Assembly: GCA_001724265.1 (NCBI GenBank)
Contig: MEDY01000289.1
Span: forward strand, 1 to 39,717
Length of the DNA: 39,717 nt
Direction of reading: 5' to 3'
From: Rhizaria sp. SCN 62-66
Taxonomy: Eukaryota
Made by a program: the position numbers and the translations under genes. This document shows positions 1 through 11,697 of this stretch, in pieces; positions within the stretch are counted from its first letter, which is position 1; the number at the start of each line of letters is the position of its first letter. Below the pieces are notes generated by a model. The model searched no databases. It saw nothing but the letters and a program-made list of their open reading frames with translations, and was not told the DNA's origin.

Positions 1-1
1 G

Positions 2-208
2 AAGCCCGCTTGCGAGTACCAGGCCCCCGTCCCCCAGCAGCTCACCGCCCTCGGCTGCTGCCCCTGCAACCCCGCCAACGTCAAGGCCTCGATGATCTCC
101 GCCTCCGAGTCCGTGACCTCCGAGAACCTTCCCTCGTTCGCCGAGGTGATGGCCTCCGTCAAGTACCAGGCTGCCAACGGCCAGGAGTGCTGCGCTTGCA
201 AGGCGTAA
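2..208 (+). CDS. 3' end of an unknown Cys-rich protein (partial, 5' end outside window)
   Basis: Frame from position 2 reads KPACEYQAPVPQQLTALGCCPCNPANVKASMISASESVTSENLPSFAEVMASVKYQAANGQECCACKA then TAA at 206-208. Strong C/G third-position bias like the housekeeping genes, then AT-richer sequence. Not in the ORF track. Confidence 0.7.
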   Translation, partial: KPACEYQAPVPQQLTALGCCPCNPANVKASMISASESVTSENLPSFAEVMASVKYQAANGQECCACKA

Positions 209-688
209 GCTCTCTCTGCTCCATGACTAAACCTGTATATAGGCTAGGCTGGGAAAGGGTAGACCCGCATGTGTGTTGTGTGACTGTTTGTTGAAGACAG
301 GACAGCAGCGACGCTTGAGACTCGAGGCAAGTGCTTTCTTAGCACGTTCACCGCCCGCTTTCCCGTCGTTTGTTTTGGTCGTGTCGAGGAAGGAAATGGC
401 TACTCTAGAAAGTAGTCTCTTGATTGTGTACACGTCAATCCGATTTGTACCACTACTGTACATGAAAAGTTCTTAAAATACAAATCATGACTCTTGTACC
501 TGCTCACCCTCCTGCACCGCGATATCATAGCTCTCGACTCCCTGTTCTGCTCGTACGAATCGTCAATACGAAGATAACAGCATCATATGAAAAAATCACA
601 ATGTATCACTTTTAAATCTATTATTAATTTTCTCATAAGTCTTCAATATTCCCATCATCCGTTTGTTTTCAGACAAAGGCCGTTCACG

Positions 689-3410
689 ATGTCTTCGGAG
701 GGCGGCATAGGCTTCGCAGAGGTGCCTCTCTCTGCGGCTGCCGCTGCGTCCCTGACAACGTCGTGGGCCACTGTTGTATTTCTTGACGTTCCTGCTGGCG
801 CCGAGGTTGGCATCGATTGTGCCGTTTGGCGAGTCGGCGCCGCGTTCCGCGGTTTCCGCTCCGTGCCCCCCGGTGCCCACTACCTCCACTGTACGCAAAC
901 CTCCTCCCAGCCCTCCCAGCGCGCCCCCGCCGCCCCTACGCTCCCCGCGCCCTCCGCATCCGACGGCGGCGTTGCCCTGGGCTCCTCCGTTCCGCGCGCG
1001 GGCTTCTGGGCGTACTTGCACCCCGGCTCGGTGCTGGTGCGCCGCTGGAGCCCCGCCGCGGCGCGCCTGGAACCGCCCAGCGACGCGCGCGACGCCGCCC
1101 GCATCGCTGCGGCCGTGCGCGGCGGCGCCGACGTGCCGCTGCTGCGCGGGCTCGCGCCGTACCCGCTGGACCGCATCGCGCAATGGCTTGCCCTCACGGG
1201 CTGGGTCGCGCCGCGGGTGGTCGCCGTAGGCACCGTCGACGCAGCAACCGTCACGGCGACTGCGACAACAACTGCGGCTGCAAAGACTGCGACTGCTGCT
1301 GGTGGAGTGACATCCGCGACAGCAAGCGCCCCTGCTTTAACTGCTGTTACCACAACCGATGCTACGAATGGCTGTGAGAGCGCCGTTATGTCTGTCGCAA
1401 CATCACAATCAACAGCAGAGGCTGTCAGTGCAGCCGACTCTGCAGCGACCAACACCCCGGTGACCCCCCCTGCTGCTGCCGACTCCACCGCGGCAGTGGC
1501 AAGTAGTATGACGGCGACGCCCGTGCTGCAGCGCCGCGCCACGCGCTACGAACGCGCGGAGCGGGCGCGGCTTGACTTCCTCGCGCAGCGCGACGCAGAG
1601 TACCGCTTCACCCCCGTGCCCGCGCCAGAGGCCGCCGCGGCCGCCATGCTGGGCCCCGACTGGGCCACCAAGCCGCTTCAAGTACTTGAAGACGACCAAC
1701 ATTCCGCAGCATCGACTCACGAGGCAAGCGCGTCCACCTCATCGAGTGCGAGTGCGCCTGCGCCTGCAGTAGCTGCGACGAGTAGAGTCAGTGTGGCCGA
1801 GTCGGCTGAGCGCCGGTCGTGGATCCACCATGACTCGTCGCTGCGGCTTGTGGCGCTGCTCCAGGGCGGGTTGACTTCTGCGCGCTACGGCGACCCACAG
1901 TCATCTTCGCTCTGCCTTCAACAGCAGCATCAGCAATCGTCACAGCAACAATCACAGAAGCAGGAGCCGCAGAGCTGTGAGTTTGCGTGCGCGTGCTCCT
2001 GGGGCGTCGACACGGTCTGCCGCGGTGTAAGTACCCCCTTAGACGTCTGCGTCGACGGGCACTGGCGGCCTGAGGGCAGCGCTGCGTTTGAGCAGGCGCG
2101 TGAGAAGGAGATTCGCGCAATGCTAGCGCGCCAAAGCAAGCTTTTGCAGCAACAACAACAGCAGGGTAGCAAGCACGCCCCGTCGCAGGCGCAGCTGCGT
2201 GTGGTGTCACGCTCTCGGTGGTATTCTGCCCACTTCCTCGCGCACTTAGAGCGCATCTTGCCGTTGTTGACCCTCTGTATTCGCGCATACGCACCGAGCC
2301 TCGTCGCCCCAGTCTCTCATGCGAGCGCGGTCTCTAATGCGAGCACAACTACAACAAGCAGCAGTAAGAGCTCTAGTACGCACACGGTAGGTGGCTTGAC
2401 TTTCGGCGAGAGCCTGCTGGCCCTGCTGGAGCCGCTCACGGCAACTCCGCTGCACGTGCTAGCCGCCGCGCTGCCGCAGTGGCTGCTGGCGCTGCTCACG
2501 GTTGCAGACGACGCCGCAGCCGCGTTCTACGCGCTAGAGTCTCTCTCCGCAGACTCCACAACCCACGCTGCCCACGGTCACTCTGCCCACGGTCAAGACT
2601 CTGCGCGGAGTGATCCGCCGCCTGCTCCCACTGCGCTCACGGTCTCTCAGCCGTCGTTGCAGCCGCTGTCTCCGCTGTTGTTGCTGGACTGGGCGTGGGC
2701 GGTGGGGGAGGGTCAGTTGGCGTTCGCAGCCATGCTCGTGGGGGAGAGCTACGAGGGTTACGACCACTGGGGCGCCCTCGTCGAGCTCATCGCGAGCGCA
2801 GAGGCCGCAGTTGCTGGCTCAGACTCCACTGTCAACCCCAACTCCAACATCAGGAACAACCGTGCTGTTGTAAACTCTGTCACGAAACCAAGTGCGAGCT
2901 CAAGCAATGGAGGCGTTGTGGCTGATGACCTCGCAGCTTTAGCGCGGCTCATGTGCTCGAATGCCCCCACCGACACAAACAGCGGACTGACTCACAATAG
3001 CACCTCTACGCTAGACTCACACGAGACCAGCACGCGTTCGGTCGCGGCGCGCAGTACCGTCACCGCATTGCATGCGCTGCGCATCACGTCCCCCGCGCTG
3101 CTGCGCTCGCTGCTGTCCCCGCGCAGCGCCCGCGCGCTTCTGTGCGCGCTGCTGCCCATGGTTGCGGCGCAGCTAACCGTGCTGCCGACCGACTGGTTCG
3201 TCGACTCGCTCGCCACCGACAACGCGCCCGCCGTGGCCGCAGCAGCCGCAGCCGGCGCCAGGGCGGGCACGGGCGCGGGTGCGGTGAGGGCGATCACACC
3301 GGCGAGCAGTGCGAGTGCTGCGTATCACAGCGAGGCGGTTGTCTGTGGCGACGAAGAGGAGGGCGCGGGCGGCGGCTTTGTTTTAGAGGCCTTGCGCGGC
3401 ATGCGCGCCG

Positions 3411-3444
<34 letters not shown>

Positions 3445-4228
3445 ATCAACTGCTACTGCGACCGCAACTGCTGCTGCTGCTAATGATGAGTACGTGAATG
3501 ACGGTGAGTTTGAGGAAGAGTGCAGTGGCGGTCTGGCGCGCAGCGAGCTGGTGACCGTGGCGTGGGGGGACGTGGCCGCAGCCCTGTGGCAGCGGTTCGG
3601 CGTTGATCTCAGGGAGTTTGTCGCGGTTGACACCGGCGACGGCGGCGCTGACATCATCAGCGGCATCAACCGCGCCAATGCGAGTGCTCACACCAAATCG
3701 AGAGTGATCGAAGACAAGGGCGCTGTGAGCTCGAATCAGGGCGTGAGCAAGGACTCTAAAAGCTCTATTGCTGTTGACGCTGCTGATGATGCTGGGGACG
3801 ACGACGATGACGCGCTCAGCGACAACGACGACGACTATGACGGCTATATCCCAGACTTTGAGAAGATCGATGTTCCGGAGCAGCTCAACACGAAGGCACG
3901 GCTCAGCACGCGCAGCTTCGGCAACAATCACGCAAATAGTGGCATATCAAACGCACTGAGTACGTCTGGCACTAACACAAATGTCAGTCACAAGCAGGCG
4001 TCCGCTGGCGCGAGCGACCACAGTGTGGGCTCGACCGTTGCGGAGTGGAAGCAGCTGCAGCAGCAGCGCCAGCGCAGGGCCCGCGGCTTCGCTGCCTCCA
4101 CTGCCACTGCCACTGCGACAACAGGGCGCGAGTCGACTGGGACTGCAACTGGATCTGCGACTGTGAGTAAGACGAAGGCGCCCGACACGAACTCAAGCTT
4201 GCTTACGTTTCACAGTGACAGTGAGTAA
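689..4228 (+). CDS. AAR2: AAR2-family U5 snRNP assembly factor, expanded by low-complexity insertions (~1179 aa, no CDS intron seen)
   Basis: AAR2 blocks ATVVFLDVPAGAEVGIDCAVWRVGAAFRGFRSVPPGAHYLH, LAPYPLDRIAQWLALTGWV, GEGQLAFAAMLVGESYEGYDHWGALVELI and QLTVLPTDWFVDSLATDN. ATG 689 is preferred over 587 because 587-672 is AT-rich and ends in ttttcag. Stop TAA. Confidence 0.88.
3413..3442 (+). repeat. (GCC)10 coding microsatellite (poly-Ala) in AAR2
   Basis: Ten perfect GCC units read directly. Confidence 0.9.
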
Positions 4229-4896
4229 ACAACATCACTTGAGCTACACACAAATCGATTATATAGAAGACACGATTACTTACTTATCACGACTGTTTAT
4301 GCAATACACATTTTAACAACATGAGTTAGAAAGCTTAGTCAGAAAGCTTCTTTTGTATTCATTCTTGAATTCTGATTATGATTCCCTATCAAATTAGAAA
4401 GCTAATTGTACCCATTGCTTCAAGCAAATGAACACTGCAAGGTCTGTTGATGTTCCTGTTAGTTCGTTGTTGCGAAGTGTCATTCTCACTATACAGCCCA
4501 AGTCCTAGCGCACTGCTTGACTCTACTATCCCCCTTCCAAACAATTAATTATCGCCTAGTGATGACCATTGTATCACAGCAAGCAGCCGCATCTCATGCG
4601 ACAGACCGATTCCCGAATTTACATTACCACCAGAAATCAAAACTGATGCACACTGTTGCGATCTGTAATACGTCACAAAAAAGCGAAACAGATAGCGATG
4701 AAAGCTAACGAGGACACAACGTGAGTTGCTACTCCGAACAACTCACTGCCAGGGCTGAAGCAAACGCAGCGCACACAACAGCGAGCTCAGGAGATCCGCA
4801 ATCACAGTAAAAGTATTCTCGCATGATAGCTTAGCTTACCTAGACATCACTTGCTGGGACCTACACGCACCCATGCGTAGCAGTCGGCACGCGCGC

Positions 4897-7800
4897 TCAC
4901 ATGTACTGGCTCTGCGCGGCGTAGTACTGCGTGGCGCTGGCGCGCGGGGACGCGGCGCCGCTGCCGTCGCCGGCCGAGGCCGACGCCGCGGCCGCGACCG
5001 CCGCGGACGACACGCCCCCGGCAGCGCCGCCGGTGCCTGCAGCCGGCGAGGGCGCGGCGTGGAGCACCGAGGGCGTGCGAGCGCGCAGCACGTGGTCCTG
5101 TCCGCGCGACCCCGCGGCGGGGGCGCTGGCTGCCGAGCCGGCGGCGGCCGCGTCGCCGGGGCCCGTGGTGCTGCGACGCAGGCCCGTCGCGAAGTTGGGC
5201 CGGTCGATGCCCGCGCCCGCGCCGGCCGCGGCGGCGGAGTTGGAGGCGGAGTCGTAGGGCGGGGACATGTACGCTGCGGCGGTCGAGGGCGGGACGGCGA
5301 GAGAAGAGTGGTGCGAGGGGCTGGCAAAGGAGCCCGACATGGGGCTCAGCGCAGCCGCGGGGGACACCACGCCCGTGGCGCCCGGGGCCGAGGCCGAGGC
5401 GGCGACGGGGTTCGCCGTGATGATGAGCCCGTTACCGCTGACGCTCGAGGAGCTAGACGACGCCGACGCCGACATAGAGCCCGTCAGGCCCGCGCCCGAG
5501 GCGGACTGGGAGAGCGAGGACGCGGCCGTGACGGCGGGCGCCGTGGCGGTGCCAAGCGCGGACATCGAGGCCGCGGCGGGCAGCGCGGCAGTGCCGTTGG
5601 CGGCGGCCTCGCGGGCCTCCTTGAAGGCGGCCATCGAGGCCTCCCAGCTGGGAAAGTTGTTCGGGCTGACCTTGAAGAGGCGCATGGAGCCGAGGATCAC
5701 CTCGGGCTGCTCATCGTCCTCATAGCCCTCGATCGTGAAGCCCCAGTCGAGGATGACCTGGGACATCTTGGGGATGAAGTTGTAGAGCACGTTGCGCGCC
5801 ATGTAGCAGAAGTTGTGGATGTCGAGGCAATACTCGAGGTAGCCGTCGCCGCGGTGCACCGAGTGCTGCGGCCGCGTCAGGAACGGCTTGCCGTTGTACT
5901 GCGCGATGGTCTTGCGCAGCGCCCAGCCGAAGTCGAAGTCGTCGGCGTTGACGAGGCGCGGCAGGGCCTTCATGCGCAGCATCATGGCTGCGCCCTCCTT
6001 GGTGTCGAAGTCGGTTTCGGCGAGCCGCTTGAGCAGGCGCACGGCCGGGATCTGCGGCCCGCTGGCGTTGAGCAAGTCGCGCTGCGTCTCGTCCGACGCC
6101 AGCATGTACCACACCAACGTCAACGTCTCGCCGTCGCCCTTGGCGGACATCATCGACGGCTGGTACGTCGGCATGCTGAAGTTCACCACGAAGATCATCT
6201 TGCGGTCCAGAGTGCCGAAGTTGAACGGCAGCTGGCCGCCGATGTTGGCACCCGTGCCGGGGATGATGTCCGCGGCGGGGTCTGCGCGGGCCGGGGGCGC
6301 GCGCGCCTGCTCCGCCTTGGCCGCCAGGTACTCCTGCAAAGCGTCGGATTAAATGGGAATAGATCAAGGATGTTTGAGTGAGTTTTGAAAGAAAAATTAT
6401 TTTTTACACGTTGACATTAGTTTAGATCCCCAATATTAGGTTGCATATCAAGGTGTGCTATTTCAGTGAGACATATACAATATTGTTTTAGTTTGCTGCG
6501 TACCTGGTCGATCTTGCCGCCGAGCGAGACGTAGGGCGCGGGCTTCATGTTGCGGATCTCGTCCATGTTGATGTGCTTCGAAGCGTGAATGATCTTCTTC
6601 TCGCTGCGGAACACGTCCATGCCGACGAGGTTGAACAGCGACGGCGCCGAGGGGGCCTTCTTCTTGTTCTTCTTGTAGTTCGGTCCGCAGCGCACGGGCC
6701 ACGACTCGCCCTGGGGGTCGCTGTAGGCCGACACGTCGCCGGGCCCCGAGGAGGCCTTCATCGAGCACCCTGGCGTGATGCCTGCCGCGGACACGTTGGT
6801 GGCCTTGCCGGCGTTGTTAGCGCCCGCGACGAGCCCGCCCGTCGAGAGCGACGACACGGCGCTGTTGCTGTTGGAGCTCAGGCCGCCGTGGGGGTTGCCG
6901 CCGCCCGTGGCGCCGTCGTCGTCGTCGTTGGACGAGTCACCGCCGCCGGAGGACTCGCCCTCGCTCGCAGTCGTGCTGCCGCGGCGCTGGCGCGTGCCAT
7001 AGTGAGAGGACGGGGGCGAGTAGGCGTCGTCGCTGCCGTCGCCGGTCGACGCGCCGTCGCCGTAGCCGCTGTTGGTGATGCCGTTGCCCGCCGAGGCGCC
7101 GGCGGCGGCCGCGCCGGTCTGCTGGCAGGGCAGCTCGCCCATGAGCAGCGCGCGCGCGGCCGAGTGCAGCACGGTGTGGCCGTTGGCGGCGAGCGCCGAC
7201 GCGGGCTGCAGAATGGTGAGGCCGAGCGTGGCGGGGACGCCAACGATGGCGAGCAGGAAGAGGATGATATTGAGCACGGCCAGCGTGGCCAGGAAGGTCT
7301 TGGGCGTCGCCTCGCGCATCAGTAGCGCGGGCATGTTGGTCGCCGCGATGAGAAGCAGGAACGCCACGATGCCGCGCAGGGGCCACGTCGTCACGGGGAC
7401 CAGCGCGTCGCCGCGCGGCAGCTTCACCAGGCCCGCGCCCAGCTTGCCGTTGCCGCTCTTGGGCGCCACGATGATGCCCGGCAGCGCGCCGGCCTTGATG
7501 CTCCCGCCGCGAGCAGCAGCGGCAGCAGCGGCGGCAGCGGTCGGGGCAGCGGCGGCGGCGGCGGCGGCGGCGTTAGCGGCAGCTGCAGCAGCGCCGGCGT
7601 TGGCCCCAGCGGCGCCGCCGGCGGGGGCTGCGCCGCCCGCGCCGCTGGACGCCGGCGACGAGAGCGACGACGGGGTCACGTTGCCCGGGTTCGACCCAGC
7701 AGCGGCGGCGGCGTTAGCGGCGGTCGGCGCGGCGGGGACCGCGTTGGCGGCGGCCGCGGGGGTCGGGGCCGTGGGGGAGGCGTTGCCGGGAGCGGCCCCG

Positions 7801-8261
7801 CTGTGGTGGTGGTGGTGGTGCTGGCCGTTGCCGCCGTCGTCGTCGTCGTCGGAGCCATGCGCGTAGGCATCGTTGCCGCGGCGCTGAGCCTCGATTCTAT
7901 CGATGTCGACGCTGCCCGTCTGGTCGCGCGCGCCGTCGATGTCGATGGCGCGGCACGAGATGTGCGCGATGATCCACACCAGCTGCGTCTTCTCGTCCAT
8001 GTTCGGCGGCATCGCGCGGGGCAGCGCCTCGGTGACATACTTCCACTCACGCTCGCGCATCTGGTTGAGGTCGTTGGCGTAGGCGAGCTCGTAGTACGTG
8101 TGGCCCTTGGTGAGGATGCGGTAGTTCGGGCGGCCCGAGCTTGACTTGGCCGACTTGCGCTTCTGGAGCACGAAGAGCGGCGACGAGTCGATGTCGACGT
8201 ACTGCGAGAAGCGCTTCATGCGCGTGTACGTCACGCGCTTGACGGGCACGATGAAGACCAT
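4897..8261 (-). CDS. EDR2_C/DUF1336-domain membrane protein; exons 8261-6504 and 6333-4897 (~1064 aa)
   Basis: DUF1336 signatures SDPQGESWPVRCGPNYKKNKKKAPS..LFNLVGMDVFRS, FVVNFSMP, RMKALPRLVN, YLEYCLDIH and DWGFTIEGYEDDEQPEVILGSMRL. Two hydrophobic segments upstream. A phase-0 intron joins the two track ORFs. Stop TGA. Confidence 0.85.
6334..6503 (-). other. Spliceosomal intron, 170 nt
   Basis: Minus strand CAG|gtacgc...tttgcag|GAG, AT-rich, keeps frame inside the DUF1336 domain. Confidence 0.9.
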
Positions 8262-9328
8262 GGTGGCAGAGCGGGCACAGACGACTGCTGGCGAACAGCT
8301 CGCGACACGCGGAAAGCGGCCTTACGGGAAGGGATGAACGCGCGGGACGGGCCGAGGGCGCGGGCGCGGGGAGGAAGTGGCGAGAAGAAGGGAGAGAGAG
8401 AGACGGAAGAAGCTGGTGCGCTGCTTACTGTCTGCTAGCGAGGGAAGGAAACAGACGGCTCTCGGTTCTGCTTTTCAGAGGCACGAGGGACACAGGAGAG
8501 CAAAAGAGACAGATGACGGTGAGTATGATGTACAGAAAAAGATAACACAGAGGAAAGTATGCGGAGACGACGTCCCCCAACGGGGTCTTGAGGGACGGAT
8601 TTAGAGCTCACTCGAGGTTGCCAGAGTAGCTTTGGCAAGCACTGCCGTATCAAGTCTTTCACAGTACACACACAAGTCAGTCCGACAATGAACCAAATTA
8701 ATACAGCAGTGCACTTCGTTAACTATCTAGCTATGTATATTTCAATCAGACCAACGGCCTCTTTGGCCTCTAAATGCCGCTTTCTTTGCGCGGCTTGACT
8801 TGTGGCGCTCGTCGCGAGCTTGATCGACTGATTGCCTTCGGTCGGAGGTCGGTCAGCCAAAATGACCGTGAGCAAGTGGCTTGCGAGATGACGCCCGTCG
8901 TGGCCACGCACCGTATTTAGAGATGAGTGGTTCGCGATGTGGGGACTGCGCGCGGGGTTATGCTCCGCGCTATAGGGGGTTATTCGTATCGTTGAATACG
9001 GGTCTCTATTTATAGCATGTGTCCACACCAGTCTTTCGTGTGTTTAGCCAACTGCGCACTGTTGAGGAGGGCGCGACAAAACAACGACCCCTTTTTGAAA
9101 CCCGGACGCTGCTTTAATTCGATATACCACCTTCCGCATCCGCACAAGACGCGTGAAAGTTTATGTCACTATCACCAACGCTTCTGTTCTACTACCTTTA
9201 CATTCTGTAACTCACTTTCACTGATTTATTTGTGGTTTATTTTCTAATCTCCTTGCAGACCCCGTTCCGCACTTTCGTCAGAGTCCTACCGCGTTGGCAG
9301 TAGTTTCGTGCAGTAGATCAGACCAAAG

Positions 9329-11665
9329 ATGGCGTCCACGGCCCCTCTCGTCTCCGAGACGGAGACTTACCTCCGCGCGGAGCTTCAGAAGCGCATCATG
9401 GTGCTCGACGGCGCCATGGGCACGATGATCCAGCGTCACACGCTGACCGAGGCCGACTTCCGCGGCGAGCGCTTCAAGGACCACCCGTGCATGCTCAAGG
9501 GCAATAACGACCTGCTGTCGCTCACGCGCCCCGACATCATCTACGACATCCACCGTCAATACTACGAGTCCGGCTCCGACATCGTCGAGACCAACACCTT
9601 CTCGGGGACGTCGATCGCACAGGCCGACTACCAGCTCGAACCTGTCGTCTACGAGCTCAACAAGGCCTCGGCCGAGCTCTGCAAGAAGGCCGCCAACGAC
9701 GTGGCCGCCGTCGACGGCCGCCGCCGCTTCGTCGCGGGCGCCATCGGCCCCACGAACCGCGTGCTGTCGATGTCGCGCCAGGTCGACGACCCGTCGTTCC
9801 GCGACCTCACCTTCGACGAACTCGTCGCGGCGTACATGGAGCAGATTAATGGTCTTATCGACGGTGGCATCGACATCCTCATGGTCGAGACCATCTTCGA
9901 CACACTTAACGCCAAGGCCGCGCTCTACGCCATCGAGGAGTACTACGCTGCGCACCCTACCCTGCCCCGTCTCCCGCTCATCATCTCCGGCACCATCACC
10001 GACGCCTCGGGCCGCACGCTCTCAGGCCAGACGGTCGAGGCCTTCTACACCTCGGTGCGCCACGCCAAGCCGCTCTGCATCGGGCTTAACTGCGCGCTGG
10101 GCGCGGCCGAGATGCGGCCCTACGTGAAGCGCATCAGCGACATCGCCGAGTGCTTCGTGTCGTGCTACCCCAACGCCGGTCTGCCCAACGCCATGGGCGG
10201 CTACTCGCAGAAGCCCGAGGAGACGTACGGGCTGCTGCGCGACTTTTGCACCGCCGGCTTTGTCAACATGGTCGGCGGCTGCTGCGGCACCACGCCTGAC
10301 CACATCCGCGAGATCGCGCGCTCGACGCTCGACGCGGCGCCGCGCGTGCCGCAGCCCACGTACGAGAACATGCGTCTGTCCGGGCTCGAGTGCCTCGAGT
10401 TCCGCGCGGATACCAACTTCGCCAACATCGGTGAGCGCTGCAACCTGGCCGGCTCGATCGTGTTCAAGAAGCTCATCATGAACGGGCAGTACGAGCAGGC
10501 GCTGGCGATCGCGCGCAAGCAGGTTGAAGACGGCGCGCAGATCATCGACATCAACATGGACGACGGCATGCTCGACGGCGAGGCCGCGATGGTCAAGTTC
10601 CTCCGCCTCATCATGTCGGAGCCGAACATCTCGCACGTGCCCATCATGATCGACTCGTCCAAGTTTGCCATCATCAAGGCCGGCCTGCGCAACGTGCAGG
10701 GCAAGTGCATCGTCAACTCCATCTCGCTCAAGAACGGCGAGGAGGCGTTCCTGGCCGAGGCGCGCGAGGTCATGCGCCACGGCGCTGCCGTCGTGGTCAT
10801 GGCCTTCGACGAGCAAGGCCAGGCCGCGACCAAGGACGAGAAGGTACGCATCTGCAAGCGCGCCTACGACCTCCTCACGCAGAAGCTCAACTTCCCGCCC
10901 TGGGACATCATCTTTGACGCCAACGTGCTGACCATCTGCACGGGTATGTCGGAGCACAACAACTACGCCGTCGAGTTCCTCGAAGGCATGCGCGAGATCA
11001 AGAAGGTCTGTCCGCACGCCAAGTGCTCCGGCGGCCTCTCAAACCTGTCATTCTCCTTCCGCGGGCTCGAGGTGATCCGCCAGGCGATGCACGCTGTGTT
11101 CCTGTACCACGCCATCCGCGAGACCAAGTTCGACATGGCCATCGTCAACGCCGGCGCGCTGCCCATCTACACCGACATCGAGCCCGAGCTGCTGAAGCTG
11201 TGCGAGGACGCCATCTTCAACCGCACCGAGGACGCCACCGAGAACATGATGGCGTTCGCGGAGAAGGAGAAGGAGCGCCTGGCCGCGCTCAAGGCCGCCG
11301 GCGCGGGCGGCGCCGTCGTCGTCAAGAGCAAGGATGCGTGGCGCCAGCTGCCGGTCAACGAGCGCCTGAGCCACGCGCTGATCAACGGTATCGTGGACCA
11401 TATCGACGCCGACACCGAGGAGGCGCGGCTCGCGGCCCCCAAGCCGCTCGAGGTGATCGAGGGCCCGCTCATGTCGGGCATGTCGCGCGTCGGCGACCTC
11501 TTCGGCGCGGGCCAGATGTTCCTCCCGCAGGTGATCAAGTCTGCGCGCGTGATGCGCAAGGCCGTGGCGTACCTGATCCCGTTTATGGAGGCCGAGAAGG
11601 CCGCGCGCGTGGCGGCCGGCGAGGTGGTGAAGCAGGCGGGCACGGTCATTATGGCCACGGTGCAG

Positions 11666-11697
<32 letters not shown>

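Noticed and set aside
587-688. N-terminal extensions in the ORF track (587, 31407, 38036)
   Set aside because: They run through pyrimidine-rich non-coding sequence upstream of acceptor-like AGs; the downstream ATGs give sensible N-termini.
9006-9015. TATAAA on the minus strand (also at 37981 on +) as TATA boxes
   Set aside because: Such hexamers arise by chance in AT-rich spacers and there is no start-site evidence.
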